Below are positions 53,954 to 63,874 of a DNA stretch of 64,000 nucleotides, piece after piece. The first letter of the stretch is position 1, and each line of letters starts with the position of its first letter. The stretch comes from a virus. Its lineage: Duplodnaviria; Caudoviricetes. The translations under genes and the position numbers were made by a program. The stretch is taken from positions 1-64,000 of IMG/VR virus record IMGVR_UViG_2597490201_000002; one strand, written 5' to 3'. The notes beneath the pieces were generated by a model. It made no database searches, was not told the origin of the DNA, and saw only the letters and a program-made list of their open reading frames with translations.

Positions 53954-55440
53954 TGGCCAACTGGATCAGCCGGATTTTCGGCGGCAAGCAGAAAGCAGCC
54001 GAGGGCGAATACCGTCCTGGCCCGTATCAGGCCGATAACGGCTGGCTTTCCGCGTCCGCTGGCCGGCTGATGAACTGGTGGCAGGCTGGGCATTCTCCCG
54101 GCCCATACGGCGAATCCGGCGCCATGGTTGAGGCTTGTGTCTCGGCTTATTCGCAGACGGTCGCCATGTGCCCCGGTGGCCATTGGAAGATGTTGCCGGA
54201 TGGCGGCCGAGAGCTCGTTACCACGTCCGCACTTGCACGCATCCTGAAGCGCCCGAACGATTACGAATCGATGTCGGACTTCCTGATGAACCTGACAGAT
54301 CGTCTCTACCGGGATGGCGAGGCTTTTGCCTATGCGCCCCGGAACGATCGTCAGGAAGTCGCTGAAATTCATCGGATGCGTTTCGGCCGGCCATATGTCG
54401 GCGACGATGGATCTATCTATTATGGCTTGTCCGGCAATGAGGTTGTCGACGCGCGGTTTGATCTTTCCTATCCGGTCCCGGCCCGCGACGTTCTGCATGT
54501 CAGGCTTCGGACGCCTAAGCACCCACTGAAGGGCGTAAGTCCCATTCTGGCTGTTGCCGTCGATCAGGCATTGGCCGGCGCGGCAATGAGCCAACAGGTT
54601 GCGTTTTATCTCAACCAGGCGCGTCCCTCGATCATGCTCGAGACCGACGCGAAGCTCACGAAAGAGCAGACCATTGAGCTGCGCGAGCTATGGGACTTGC
54701 AGACCAAGGGCGAGAAGGCTGGCGGCACGCCGATCTTGACCAACGGCCTCAAGGCCAAGGCGATCGGGCAGAGCGCCAACGATTCCAAGCTGGCCGATAT
54801 GCTCAAGCTCAGCGATCAGAACATCGCCCTGGCTTTTCGGATGCCGCTTCAGATCCTCGGCATCGGCGGGACACCATTTGCATCGACCGAGTCTTTGATG
54901 TCGGCATGGAAGTCGACCGGCCTTGGTTTCGCGCTCAACCATATCGAGGAAGCCTTCGGCCTGCTTTTCAAGCTCAAGGGCATGCCCGACGAGTATCTGG
55001 AATTTGATACCGATGCGCTGCTGCGCTCCTCATTCAAGGAAATGATCGACGCGCTCACGACTGGCGCCGGCAAGGTTATGACCCGCAACGAGGCGCGCGC
55101 GAAGATTGGACTGGGCAAGAAGGAAGGTGGCGACGACCTCTATGTCCAGATGCAGGATATCCCGCTGGCCATGGCTGCGGAGCTGCAGCAGCAGACACTG
55201 AATGCTGAGCCTGCACCGACTGTTGAAGAGCAAGCCAGGTTGTTTGGCGAAGCAACGCGCACGGCCGTCGAGCCGATCGTGGAGCGTGTTGAGGCTGTCG
55301 AGGTTGCACAGCGCGAGGCCATCGCAGCCATTCCCGACCGCGTTCTTGAGGCTTTGCCGGCGCCCCTTGAGCGCGATGATACCGAAGACGCCATTGCGGC
55401 GATCAAACGAGGCTGGGAGACCGCCATTGAAGCCGCTTGA
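53953..55440 (+). CDS. HK97-type portal protein
   Basis: VEACVSAYSQTVA, ILKRPN, DVLHVR, GVSPI, IALAFRMP and MTRNEARAKIGL...GGDDL. Confidence 0.92.
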   Translation: MANWISRIFGGKQKAAEGEYRPGPYQADNGWLSASAGRLMNWWQAGHSPGPYGESGAMVEACVSAYSQTVAMCPGGHWKMLPDGGRELVTTSALARILKRPNDYESMSDFLMNLTDRLYRDGEAFAYAPRNDRQEVAEIHRMRFGRPYVGDDGSIYYGLSGNEVVDARFDLSYPVPARDVLHVRLRTPKHPLKGVSPILAVAVDQALAGAAMSQQVAFYLNQARPSIMLETDAKLTKEQTIELRELWDLQTKGEKAGGTPILTNGLKAKAIGQSANDSKLADMLKLSDQNIALAFRMPLQILGIGGTPFASTESLMSAWKSTGLGFALNHIEEAFGLLFKLKGMPDEYLEFDTDALLRSSFKEMIDALTTGAGKVMTRNEARAKIGLGKKEGGDDLYVQMQDIPLAMAAELQQQTLNAEPAPTVEEQARLFGEATRTAVEPIVERVEAVEVAQREAIAAIPDRVLEALPAPLERDDTEDAIAAIKRGWETAIEAA

Positions 55441-56731
55441 TCACGAAAAGCTCGCCGCGGCATTAGTCGACGGTGCGCGTCAGTACATCGACAAGGCAAT
55501 GGCGCCGCTCATGGAGCGCTTGGCAGATGCCGAGCAGCGAGCAGAAGCGGCTGAGGCGACGATCGCCAACATGGTCGCCAAGGCTGTGGCCGATATCCCT
55601 CTGCCGCAGAACGGCGCCGATGGTGCTCCGGGTCGTGATGGCGTCGACGGCATCGCTGGCGAACGGGGCGCCGACGGTATGCCTGGTGCCCAGGGCCGCG
55701 GCATTGCCAAGCTGATCATCAAGTCGGATGGGCACCTCGTCGCAACATTCACGGACGGCACGACAGATGATGTCGGCGTGGTTGTCGGTCGTGATGGCGC
55801 CGACGGCAAGGATGGTGCGCCTGGCGAAAAGGGGGCGGACGGCAAAGATGGCCGAGATGGCGCTGATGGTGCGCAAGGTGAACGGGGCGCCGATGGCGCG
55901 CCCGGCCGAGATGGTGAGGTCGGCCAGTCGGGGCGTGATGGCGTCGATGGTAAGAGCGTCGACGCGGACGAACTGGCTGAAATGGTGAAGTCTGAGGTCG
56001 AAAAGGCGTCGATCGCCGATCTTGTGCAGCGGGCAATCGACGCGATTCCTCGTCCTCGCGATGGCAAGGATGGCGAGCGTGGCGAAAAGGGTGAACCTGG
56101 CGCTGATGGGGCCAACGGTCGTGATGGCGCCGATGGCGCGCCAGGTGAACGAGGCGCCGACGGACTTCCGGGCCGGGATGGCATTGATGGAGCTCCTGGC
56201 CGCGATGGCGCGAATGGCAAGGATGGGCGTGACGGTAAGCTGCCCATCGTCAAGGCTTGGATCGATACGGTTCACCGCGAAGGCGATGTCGTCACGCATG
56301 AGGGCGTGACCTATCAGGCCAATCGAGACACCGGCAAAGCGCCGCCCCATGCGGACTGGATTTGCCTTGCGGCACGAGGCGAAGACGGCAAGCCCGCCGA
56401 GCAGATTGAGGTCCGCGGCACCTTCAGTCCTGACGCGGAATATGGCCGCCTCAACATTGTCGCGCTCAACGGCAGCGCATTCATCTCCCGCAAGGCAGAT
56501 CCGGGCCCGTGCCCTGGCGACGGCTGGCAGGTCATTGCGATGCGCGGCAAGGAAGGCAAGCCGGGGCAGAGCATCAAGGGCGATCCCGGCCCGTCCGTGA
56601 AGGGCGATCCCGGCCCGGCGATCCGCTCGATGTCCGTGGATGACCAGGGTTTGCTGGCACTAGTAAATGCTGACGGCTCCAAGATTGAATGCGACCTCTA
56701 CCCGGTTCTGGTGAAGGTGCAGGGCTCATGA
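55427..56731 (+). CDS. Collagen-like (Gly-X-Y) repeat virion protein
   Basis: Multiple GADGAPGRDG/GERG blocks; TTG start after GGGAG. Confidence 0.8.
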   Translation: MKPLDHEKLAAALVDGARQYIDKAMAPLMERLADAEQRAEAAEATIANMVAKAVADIPLPQNGADGAPGRDGVDGIAGERGADGMPGAQGRGIAKLIIKSDGHLVATFTDGTTDDVGVVVGRDGADGKDGAPGEKGADGKDGRDGADGAQGERGADGAPGRDGEVGQSGRDGVDGKSVDADELAEMVKSEVEKASIADLVQRAIDAIPRPRDGKDGERGEKGEPGADGANGRDGADGAPGERGADGLPGRDGIDGAPGRDGANGKDGRDGKLPIVKAWIDTVHREGDVVTHEGVTYQANRDTGKAPPHADWICLAARGEDGKPAEQIEVRGTFSPDAEYGRLNIVALNGSAFISRKADPGPCPGDGWQVIAMRGKEGKPGQSIKGDPGPSVKGDPGPAIRSMSVDDQGLLALVNADGSKIECDLYPVLVKVQGS

Positions 56732-57327
56732 AAATGAATAGGCCTGTCCTCATCCAAGCGCCGGAAAGCTTTCCCGTTACCCTCGAAGAGGCCAAGGCGC
56801 ACCTCAGGGTTGACTGGGATGACGAGGACGGGATTATCAGTGCCTTCATCGCGGCTGCTGTGTCCTATCTGGACGGCTGGAGTGGCATCCTCGGTCGGTG
56901 CTTGGTCGAGCAGACCTGGCGCATGGATTTCAGCAAGTTCTGCCGCGAGTTGCCGCTGCCCTTGGCGCCGGTGACCTCGATCGCGAGCATCACTTGGCGG
57001 AATGCCGACGGGCAGACCGCGACCATTGATGATGACGAATATCTGCTCGAGGTGGACAGCGCCGGCAACTCGTTTGCGCGCTTCCGCAATGCCTATGTAT
57101 TTCCCTCCAGTCTTTATGAGCGGGACGCAATCTCCGTCACTTTTGTCGCGGGCTATCCCGCCGACGAGGACGATAACAGCACAGTCCCTGGCGCTCTTAA
57201 GGTCGCCATCCTCCTGCTCGTGGCCGAATGGTTCAACAACCGTGAGGCGTCGGTACCTGGTTCGGTCGCCGAACTGCCGTTTGCCGTGAATGCGCTCATC
57301 TCGCCCTTCCGGCGGATGGTCCTTTAG
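56728..57327 (+). CDS. Head-tail connector (gp6-like)
   Basis: PVTLEEAKAHLRVD, LVEQTW and VPGALKVAILLLVAEWFNNRE. Confidence 0.88.
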   Translation: MKMNRPVLIQAPESFPVTLEEAKAHLRVDWDDEDGIISAFIAAAVSYLDGWSGILGRCLVEQTWRMDFSKFCRELPLPLAPVTSIASITWRNADGQTATIDDDEYLLEVDSAGNSFARFRNAYVFPSSLYERDAISVTFVAGYPADEDDNSTVPGALKVAILLLVAEWFNNREASVPGSVAELPFAVNALISPFRRMVL

Positions 57328-57356
57328 CCAAACCTCGAAAACCAAGGGAGGCCAGC

Positions 57357-57767
57357 ATGGCCGACATTTCCATTTCCGCTGCCAATGTGAAACTGGTCTC
57401 TGGACCGACTAAGAGCCTTATTGCCGCTGCCGTTCTGACGGCTGGGCAGGCTTGCTATCAGGCTTCTGTCACGAAGAAGGCAGGGCTCGCCGATAACGAC
57501 AGCGCTACGGCTGAGATCCGCTCCATCGGCGGCCTGGCGCTCAACGGTGCCGCTGCCGATCAGCCGGTGGTGCTGGCGCTCAACGGCGCTGTCGTCAACG
57601 TCGGCGCCGTGCTGACCGCCGGCACAGATTATTACCTTTCCGGGACGCCCGGCGCGATCTGCCCGCGCGCCGATGTCACGACCGGCGATGATCCAATCCG
57701 TATCGGTATCGCGCTCACCACGTCGAACCTGCAGCTGGATTTCGCTGACCCCAACGTCACGCTGTAG
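57357..57767 (+). CDS. Virion structural protein (decoration-like)
   Basis: MADISISAANV...GLALNGA...YYLSGTPGAICP. Confidence 0.6.
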   Translation: MADISISAANVKLVSGPTKSLIAAAVLTAGQACYQASVTKKAGLADNDSATAEIRSIGGLALNGAAADQPVVLALNGAVVNVGAVLTAGTDYYLSGTPGAICPRADVTTGDDPIRIGIALTTSNLQLDFADPNVTL

Positions 57768-57769
57768 CG

Positions 57770-57940
57770 ATGCCTTGGGTCCGCTTCACTGCTGACTTCG
57801 ACTTTAAGCCGACGCGCCAAACCACGATCGCATACCGCGATGGCGACGAGAAGCTCGTGACGACTGTCTGCGCAAATGCCGCCGTGGGCGCATCCAAGGC
57901 AGTCAGAATCACCAAGCGAAAGGCCAAGACATATGGCTGA
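57770..57940 (+). CDS. Small conserved phage protein
   Basis: Read manually: MPWVRFTADFDFKPTRQTTIAYRDG... Confidence 0.55.
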   Translation: MPWVRFTADFDFKPTRQTTIAYRDGDEKLVTTVCANAAVGASKAVRITKRKAKTYG

Positions 57941-58304
57941 GAGTTTCCGTCGAGCTGGCGGCTTGCGCGAGCGCCTGCATTTCCAGCAGCGCGGTGATGG
58001 TGACGACGGCATGGGCGGCCCCGGTATGCCGGGTGCCGGCGAGTTCGAAACCGTCTTCACGGCTGCGGCCGGGATGAAGCCGCGCACCGGTGGGGAAGGC
58101 GTCGATGCGGCCCGCCTCGGTGGCACTCAGCCGTTCGTCGTCACGGTGCGCAACACAACCAACACGCGAGAGATCACCGTGGCGTGGCAACTCGTCGACG
58201 CTCGCAATGAAGCCCGCATCTTTGCCGTGGTTTCGCCGCCGGCTGACCCCGACGGCAAAAATCAGTGGCTGGAATTCCTGGCCACCGAAGGAGCGCCATC
58301 CTGA
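57933..58304 (+). CDS. Head closure / head-tail adaptor
   Basis: AGGLRERLHFQ...DGMGG; position in the morphogenesis module. Confidence 0.8.
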   Translation: MAESFRRAGGLRERLHFQQRGDGDDGMGGPGMPGAGEFETVFTAAAGMKPRTGGEGVDAARLGGTQPFVVTVRNTTNTREITVAWQLVDARNEARIFAVVSPPADPDGKNQWLEFLATEGAPS

Positions 58305-58305
58305 G

Positions 58306-58761
58306 ATGGCCAAGGTGCAAGGCCTCGATAGCCTCCGGAAGAAGCTTCAACGTTTCCCCTCGGTGGTCGAGCAGGAAATTCGTGCGGCCATGGAGGTCGG
58401 CGCGAACGAGATCGTAACGCTCGCAAAATCGCTGACCCAAAGTGATCGGGTAAGGGAATCCATAGGCTGGGCTTGGGGCGATGCGCCAGGCGGCACGATG
58501 GCGATCGGTGCCGTGACTGGCCCTGAGGGAAACCTGAGGATCACGATTTACGCCGGCGGCGATGACGCGTTTATGGCGCGCTGGGAAGAGTTTGGTACCG
58601 CTCCGCATATCAATGGCGGTCGCTTCGCGGGAACGCAGCACCCAGGCACGGCCGCAAGGCCCTTCTTTTTTGTCTCTTATCGCGCCAATCGGCGGCGAGC
58701 TCGCGGCAGGATTACGCGGTCCGTCAATAAGGCCGCTAAGCGGATCGCAACCGGGGGCTGA
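58306..58761 (+). CDS. HK97 gp10-like neck/tail protein
   Basis: VQGLDSLRKKL...EFGT...ARPFF. Confidence 0.8.
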   Translation: MAKVQGLDSLRKKLQRFPSVVEQEIRAAMEVGANEIVTLAKSLTQSDRVRESIGWAWGDAPGGTMAIGAVTGPEGNLRITIYAGGDDAFMARWEEFGTAPHINGGRFAGTQHPGTAARPFFFVSYRANRRRARGRITRSVNKAAKRIATGG

Positions 58762-58763
58762 GT

Positions 58764-59204
58764 GTGGAACCAATCTATGAACTCCGGCTGGCGGCGCTGA
58801 ATAAGCTTCGTCAGGTGCCGGCACTTACAGCAATCGTCGGGACCAAGATTTATGATCGCGTTCCCGAGAGGCAGGTCGGCGGGCAACTGGTGGCCGACGT
58901 CACCAGCCCGTACATCAGCCTTGGGCTCGCAACAGCGATCAGCGACGATGCGGACTGCATCGAAGGCTTGGAAGTCACATTCCAGATCGATGGTTGGTCT
59001 TGGGGCTCCGGCCTTGCGTATAGCTCAGTCCAAGCAAGCCAGATTGCAGGGGAAGTTCGCAAGGCGCTGCACGGCGTCGAGCTTAATCTGTCGGTCAACG
59101 CGCTCGTGTCCATCCGTCACGAGCTTACCCGCATCCTTCGCGACAGCGACGGTATCACCAACCATGCCGTGATCCAGTTCACGGCCCTGGTCGAAGTCAA
59201 ATAA
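58764..59204 (+). CDS. Tail terminator (DUF3168-like)
   Basis: LTAIVGTKIYDRVP, PYISLG, IDGWS and DGITNHAV. Confidence 0.8.
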   Translation: MEPIYELRLAALNKLRQVPALTAIVGTKIYDRVPERQVGGQLVADVTSPYISLGLATAISDDADCIEGLEVTFQIDGWSWGSGLAYSSVQASQIAGEVRKALHGVELNLSVNALVSIRHELTRILRDSDGITNHAVIQFTALVEVK

Positions 59205-59226
59205 CCCCTCAACATCGGAGAATGCC

Positions 59227-59673
59227 ATGGCCCCGCCCAGCAGGATCAAAGGCGGCAAGGTTCGTGTGATGCTCGGCAATAGCGCCGATCCCATCGTCTA
59301 CGCGGCCCTTTGCGGTTTCACTTCCAAGTCGCTGACCCTCACCAAGGGTCTCGAAGAAATCAACCTTGGCGATTGCGACGAGCCTGATGCCGTCAACTGG
59401 CTTGGCCGCGATGCGGTCTCGCTCAGCATGGCGGTCTCCGGCGAGGGCGTGCTTGCCGCTGAAAGCGTCGAGCAATGGCTTGATGCTTGGGAAAGCGTTG
59501 ACAGCGTTCCCGTCAAGGTCGAGCTGGAATTTCCCAGCACCACCTACACCTATACCGGCTACATGCAGGTCGAAACGCTGGAAATCGGCGCTCCTGACGG
59601 CCGCACCGTGACGAACAACGTCTCGATGCAGTCGGACGGCAAGATGACCCGCACATCGGCGCCGACTGCCTGA
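59227..59673 (+). CDS. Major tail tube protein
   Basis: CGFTSKSLT, SMAVSGEGV and SMQSDG. Confidence 0.85.
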   Translation: MAPPSRIKGGKVRVMLGNSADPIVYAALCGFTSKSLTLTKGLEEINLGDCDEPDAVNWLGRDAVSLSMAVSGEGVLAAESVEQWLDAWESVDSVPVKVELEFPSTTYTYTGYMQVETLEIGAPDGRTVTNNVSMQSDGKMTRTSAPTA

Positions 59674-60065
59674 TGGGTGTCTCGCAGACGATCGGCCCGT
59701 TGGATTGGGCCGATGGGGCATACACGTTTCGCCTGGCCAATGGCGAACTGATCATGCTTCAGGATGCCACGGATTGCGGTCCATTTTTCCTGCTCGACAA
59801 GCTCGGCGGCAAGCATTGGAAAGTTCAAGAAATATCGCACATCATCAGGCTCGGTCTGATCGGTGGCGGCATTGAGCCGGCTAAGGCCCTGAGCCTTGTG
59901 CGCGACTATGTCGAGAGCCGTCCCCCAATGGAAAGCGTGCCGCTGGCATTTGCTGTCCTCGCTGCCGGCGTGCAGGGGGCGCCGGACGATCCAAAAAAAA
60001 CGGTGGGGGAGGCGACGGGCAGCGGCTCGACGGTCTCCCCAACGGACGATTCCGCTGGGGCCTGA
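59673..60065 (+). CDS. Tail assembly chaperone (GTA gp10-like)
   Basis: WADG.YTFRL..GEL..LQ..TDCGP...IRLGLIGGG; slippery A8 run at 59993-60000. Confidence 0.8.
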   Translation: MGVSQTIGPLDWADGAYTFRLANGELIMLQDATDCGPFFLLDKLGGKHWKVQEISHIIRLGLIGGGIEPAKALSLVRDYVESRPPMESVPLAFAVLAAGVQGAPDDPKKTVGEATGSGSTVSPTDDSAGA

Positions 60066-60331
60066 TCCTCGGTTTGGGAGCGGCCATGGGGTGGACCGCC
60101 GAAGCGGTTAAGCGCGCCTCCCTGTGGGAATTTTTCTCCGCATGGGATGGCTATGTTCAGGCCAATACTCCTGCCCAAAAGGGCAAGCTGACGCCTGAGG
60201 AAAAGGCGGAGCTTATCGCCGATATCGAGGCCTACGGTTTCTCGCGAGGCGGCGTCCTGTCGACCCAAACCTATCTGCTGGCCGGTCTGCACCTGGTGCC
60301 GGCTGGCATTGTGACGTTCGAGGTTCACTAG
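59999..60331 (+). CDS. -1 frameshift extension of tail chaperone (G-T analogue)
   Basis: The -1 frame is open from the A8 run to 60331 (LPNGRFRWG...MGWTAEAVKRASLWEF). Confidence 0.65.
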   Translation, partial: NGGGGDGQRLDGLPNGRFRWGLILGLGAAMGWTAEAVKRASLWEFFSAWDGYVQANTPAQKGKLTPEEKAELIADIEAYGFSRGGVLSTQTYLLAGLHLVPAGIVTFEVH

Positions 60332-60332
60332 C

Positions 60333-62576
60333 ATGGCGACTGAAATAGAGCGCTTGGTCGTGAGCCTCGAGGCTTCGATCACCAAGTTCGATCGCACGAT
60401 GCAGAAGGCCTTGGGCATCACCAACAACACGATGCGCAAGATCGAGCAGCGGCAGGCAACTGCGATTCAGAAGCTCAATGCCGGCTGGTCGGGACTGCAA
60501 CGAGGTGTCGCTTCAGCGTTCGCTACGGCGGCTGCCCTGCGCGGCGCACAGCAGCTTGTTGATGCGAGCACGCGCATCGAAAACTCGCTGAAGGTCGTTG
60601 GCCTCGCTGGCGAAGAACTCGATCGCGTCTATCAGTCGCTGTTCCAGTCGGCGCAGCGAAACATGGCGCCAGTGGAGACGCTGACAACGCTATTCAGCCG
60701 CCTCGGTCTCGCCCAGAAGGAACTCGGCGTCACGACCGACGAGCTGTTGAGCTTCACGGATAATGTGGCTCTTGCGCTCCGCGTGCAGGGCACGACTTCC
60801 GATGAAGCCCGAGGCGCGCTGATCCAGCTTAGTCAGGCCATGGGTTCCGGCATTGTCCGGGCTGAAGAATTCAACTCTGTCGTGGAAGGTGCGCCGTCCA
60901 TCCTTCGCGCCGCTGCCGCCGGCCTGAAGGAAGCCAACGGCTCTGTCGCCGCGCTGCGCAAGTTGGTCATCGATGGCAAAGTCAGCAGCGAGGCATTCTT
61001 CCGCGCCTTCCAAGCTGGTTCCGTCATTCTGCAGGAGCAGGTGGCCGGGGCTGAAGTTACGATCTCCCAAGGCTTCGTTCGCCTGCAGAACGTGCTGATC
61101 GACACGGCAGGAAAGCTTGATGAGGCTACTGGGGCGTCGGTGCGCATTGGTGCGGGCCTGACGGACCTTGCCAACATTATAGATGCCCTCGGAAACACTG
61201 CCGTTGATAACAAGGACAGCGTTAGCAGTTTCATTGATCAGGTTGGCATCTCGGCACAGAACCTGCCGATTTTTGCGGACATCAGGCGCGGTGTTGAGGC
61301 GCTTCGTGCGCTGACGCGCGAGGGCTCGGAAGCCCGCGCCATCATAGACGAGTTGACCGCGAGCTTCGACAAGTTCGGTCCGACCGTTTCCGATACAGAT
61401 ATCGCCTTGGGGGAGGCGGAGCAGACCTTGGCGAGTTTCGCTGACAACACCGTCGGCAAAATGGGTGAGATCGATGCGGCAGCGCAAGATCTCTTCCAGC
61501 AGGTGTTGGAGGGGAAGGGGTCTGCCCGGCTCGCCGCCGAAGCCATTGAGGCCCTCGGTGATGCCAATCCGGACTTCGCTCCCTTGCTGTCGAAGATCGG
61601 CGCGACGATCCAGCAAATCTACGCCCTGCGAGCGGCGGCTATTTCCGCTACCCGGATGGACGAAATTGGCGCGGCGCCAAAATTCTCCGAGCTTCAATCT
61701 TTTGGTGCCAGCCCTACTGTCCAGCCGGTGAGCCTGAGCGACTATAAGGCGCCAGCCGGTGTAGGTGGCGGCGGCGGATCGAAGCGCGATCAGTATGCTG
61801 CGGCAGTCGCAGCTCAGCAGGAACGCATTGACGCCCTGACCCGCGAGACCGCTCTGCAGGCCCAACTCAACCCGCTTGTGAACGACTATGGCTTCGCGGT
61901 CGAAAAGTTGCGGGCTCAGATCGAGCTTGAGAACGCGGCAAAAGAGCAAGGCTTGGCTCTCGATGAGCCGCGGCGCCAGCAGATCGAAGAGCTTTCATCC
62001 GGATATGCTCGAGCAACTGCCGAAGCTGCCCGTCTTGCCGAAGCTCAGGATAAGGCCCGCCAGTCGGCAGAAGACCTTGCCAATGCCGGACGAGAGGCCC
62101 TCGACACCATCATCGACGGCTTCCTCGAAGGAAAAGACGCCGGGGAAATCTTCGGGAACGTGCTGAAAGATCTCGGGCGCAATCTGCTGAATATGGGTTT
62201 GAATGGCCTCTTCAGTGGCTTTGGCGGCGGTGGAAATCCGCTGGCGGCACTCTTCGGTGGTTTCCGCGCAGGCGGCGGCCCTGTTCAGGCTGGCAAAGCC
62301 TATGTTGTGGGTGAGAAGCGCCCGGAACTCTTCGTTCCCGGCCAGAGCGGCACGATCGTGCCCCGCATTCCCGATGTCGCGGGCATCTCCGCTCCGCCCA
62401 CGACCGCAACGAGCAGCATCACGTTGATGGCAGGTGCCATCCAAATCGACGGTAGCGGCCTAAACCAAGCCCAAATGACAACGGCCATCTCTGATGCGCT
62501 AGAGCGCTATGACCGGAAGACCTTGCCGCGCCGCGTCAACGAGCTGAAGAACAACACGATGGTGGTCAACGGATGA
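60333..62576 (+). CDS. Tape measure protein
   Basis: IERLVVSLEA, ALIQLSQAMGSG.VRAEEFNSV and RAGGGPV...YVVGEKRPELFVP. Confidence 0.92.
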   Translation: MATEIERLVVSLEASITKFDRTMQKALGITNNTMRKIEQRQATAIQKLNAGWSGLQRGVASAFATAAALRGAQQLVDASTRIENSLKVVGLAGEELDRVYQSLFQSAQRNMAPVETLTTLFSRLGLAQKELGVTTDELLSFTDNVALALRVQGTTSDEARGALIQLSQAMGSGIVRAEEFNSVVEGAPSILRAAAAGLKEANGSVAALRKLVIDGKVSSEAFFRAFQAGSVILQEQVAGAEVTISQGFVRLQNVLIDTAGKLDEATGASVRIGAGLTDLANIIDALGNTAVDNKDSVSSFIDQVGISAQNLPIFADIRRGVEALRALTREGSEARAIIDELTASFDKFGPTVSDTDIALGEAEQTLASFADNTVGKMGEIDAAAQDLFQQVLEGKGSARLAAEAIEALGDANPDFAPLLSKIGATIQQIYALRAAAISATRMDEIGAAPKFSELQSFGASPTVQPVSLSDYKAPAGVGGGGGSKRDQYAAAVAAQQERIDALTRETALQAQLNPLVNDYGFAVEKLRAQIELENAAKEQGLALDEPRRQQIEELSSGYARATAEAARLAEAQDKARQSAEDLANAGREALDTIIDGFLEGKDAGEIFGNVLKDLGRNLLNMGLNGLFSGFGGGGNPLAALFGGFRAGGGPVQAGKAYVVGEKRPELFVPGQSGTIVPRIPDVAGISAPPTTATSSITLMAGAIQIDGSGLNQAQMTTAISDALERYDRKTLPRRVNELKNNTMVVNG

Positions 62577-63232
62577 CGGCAATCACCTTCCCGATTCCTC
62601 AGGCAGACCTTGGCGACCTTCTGCCGGTTCAGTCCGTCACATGGGAGCTTGTCCGACAGCAGGAATTTAGCGGCTTGGGATCGGGGGAGGGGCTGGCAGC
62701 AGACCTTGCCCCGGCTCTTTGGGAGGGCGACGTTTCCCTTCGACCTTTGCTTCACACGAAGGCGCGCGGGCTGGTCGCAAAGTTTGACGCTCTTGATGGA
62801 GCAATCCAAACATTCTTCCTGGCTAACCCGCTTGGCTGGTGGCCGGCGACTGATCCTGGCGGCGTCATCTATGGGGCGTCCAATCCTGAAATCGGCTTCA
62901 TCGCCACGAACAGGAAGGAACTGTCGTTCACCGACTTGCCGCCCAACTATGTCCTCTCCGCCGGTGACATGTTCATGGTGGAATATGGAACGCCGGCACG
63001 TCGCGCGCTGCATCGCCTGGTTGGGGACATCACTGCCAACGGTTCGGGTACCACTGGCCTGGTGGAAGTGAGGCCGCACCTTCGGTCGGGCATCGTTGAG
63101 GGCCTCGCCGCCAGCTTCAAAAGACCAGCGGCCAAGGTGAAGCTCATCCCCAACACACTGACCCAGCAGTTTCACTCAGCGAACCGGACCCGCATCAGCT
63201 TCCGTGTCCGTCAAACCCTGGCAGCAGGATAG
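62573..63232 (+). CDS. Distal tail / minor tail protein
   Basis: Position after the TMP; typical composition (VEVRPHLR). Confidence 0.65.
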   Translation: MTAITFPIPQADLGDLLPVQSVTWELVRQQEFSGLGSGEGLAADLAPALWEGDVSLRPLLHTKARGLVAKFDALDGAIQTFFLANPLGWWPATDPGGVIYGASNPEIGFIATNRKELSFTDLPPNYVLSAGDMFMVEYGTPARRALHRLVGDITANGSGTTGLVEVRPHLRSGIVEGLAASFKRPAAKVKLIPNTLTQQFHSANRTRISFRVRQTLAAG

Positions 63233-63238
63233 CACTTC

Positions 63239-63871
63239 ATGGTCAGAGTTTTGGACGCCGCGACACAGGGCGCTGTGCGAAATCGCTCGGCTATAGTTCC
63301 GCGCGACTTCGTGCTTTTCACCCTGACAGCGGGCGAGACTGTCACCCGCTACGGTTTCACCAACGTCGGCGAAGACGTCGCGGTCAACGTTGTCACCAAC
63401 GGCGCGGGAACGGTCGAAAACTACACTTTCTATGGCGACAACGCGCCGATCCAGGCCATCGACGCTATCCCGCTGAAGGTCGGTCTTGAGGTCGATACCA
63501 TTCAGGTTCGGCTGAATCCGATCCATCCAATTGTGAAGCTTTTAGCGCGCGCCGATGAGACTGCGCTTCGGGTTGCTCGGGTGCAGATCTTCCGCGGCTA
63601 TCTCGATCCAGATTCCATGCTGCTGGTTGCCAACCCTCGGAGCCGCTTCGTCGGCCAGGTCAACACTGCGCCGGAGACGGTCGCGGGTCCGGGAGGCGAA
63701 AGCATTCGTACGATCAACGTGCGCTCGCACACCCAAGAGATGACCCGAACGAACTCGGCGAAGAAGAGCGACGAAACCTACCGGCTCCGCTCCGGCGATC
63801 GGTTCGGCCAATACGCCGGAACCGCCGGGAATTGGGAGCTTTGGTGGGGTGAAGTGAAGGGCACGACTTAA
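63239..63871 (+). CDS. Minor tail protein
   Basis: SDETYRLRSGDRF..Y...LWWG C-terminus typical of siphovirus tail-tip genes. Confidence 0.65.
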   Translation: MVRVLDAATQGAVRNRSAIVPRDFVLFTLTAGETVTRYGFTNVGEDVAVNVVTNGAGTVENYTFYGDNAPIQAIDAIPLKVGLEVDTIQVRLNPIHPIVKLLARADETALRVARVQIFRGYLDPDSMLLVANPRSRFVGQVNTAPETVAGPGGESIRTINVRSHTQEMTRTNSAKKSDETYRLRSGDRFGQYAGTAGNWELWWGEVKGTT

Positions 63872-63874
63872 GCC

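Noticed and set aside
55610-56240. Repetitive DNA as a possible separate array
   Set aside because: Explained by Gly-X-Y collagen-like coding repeats (9-nt period).
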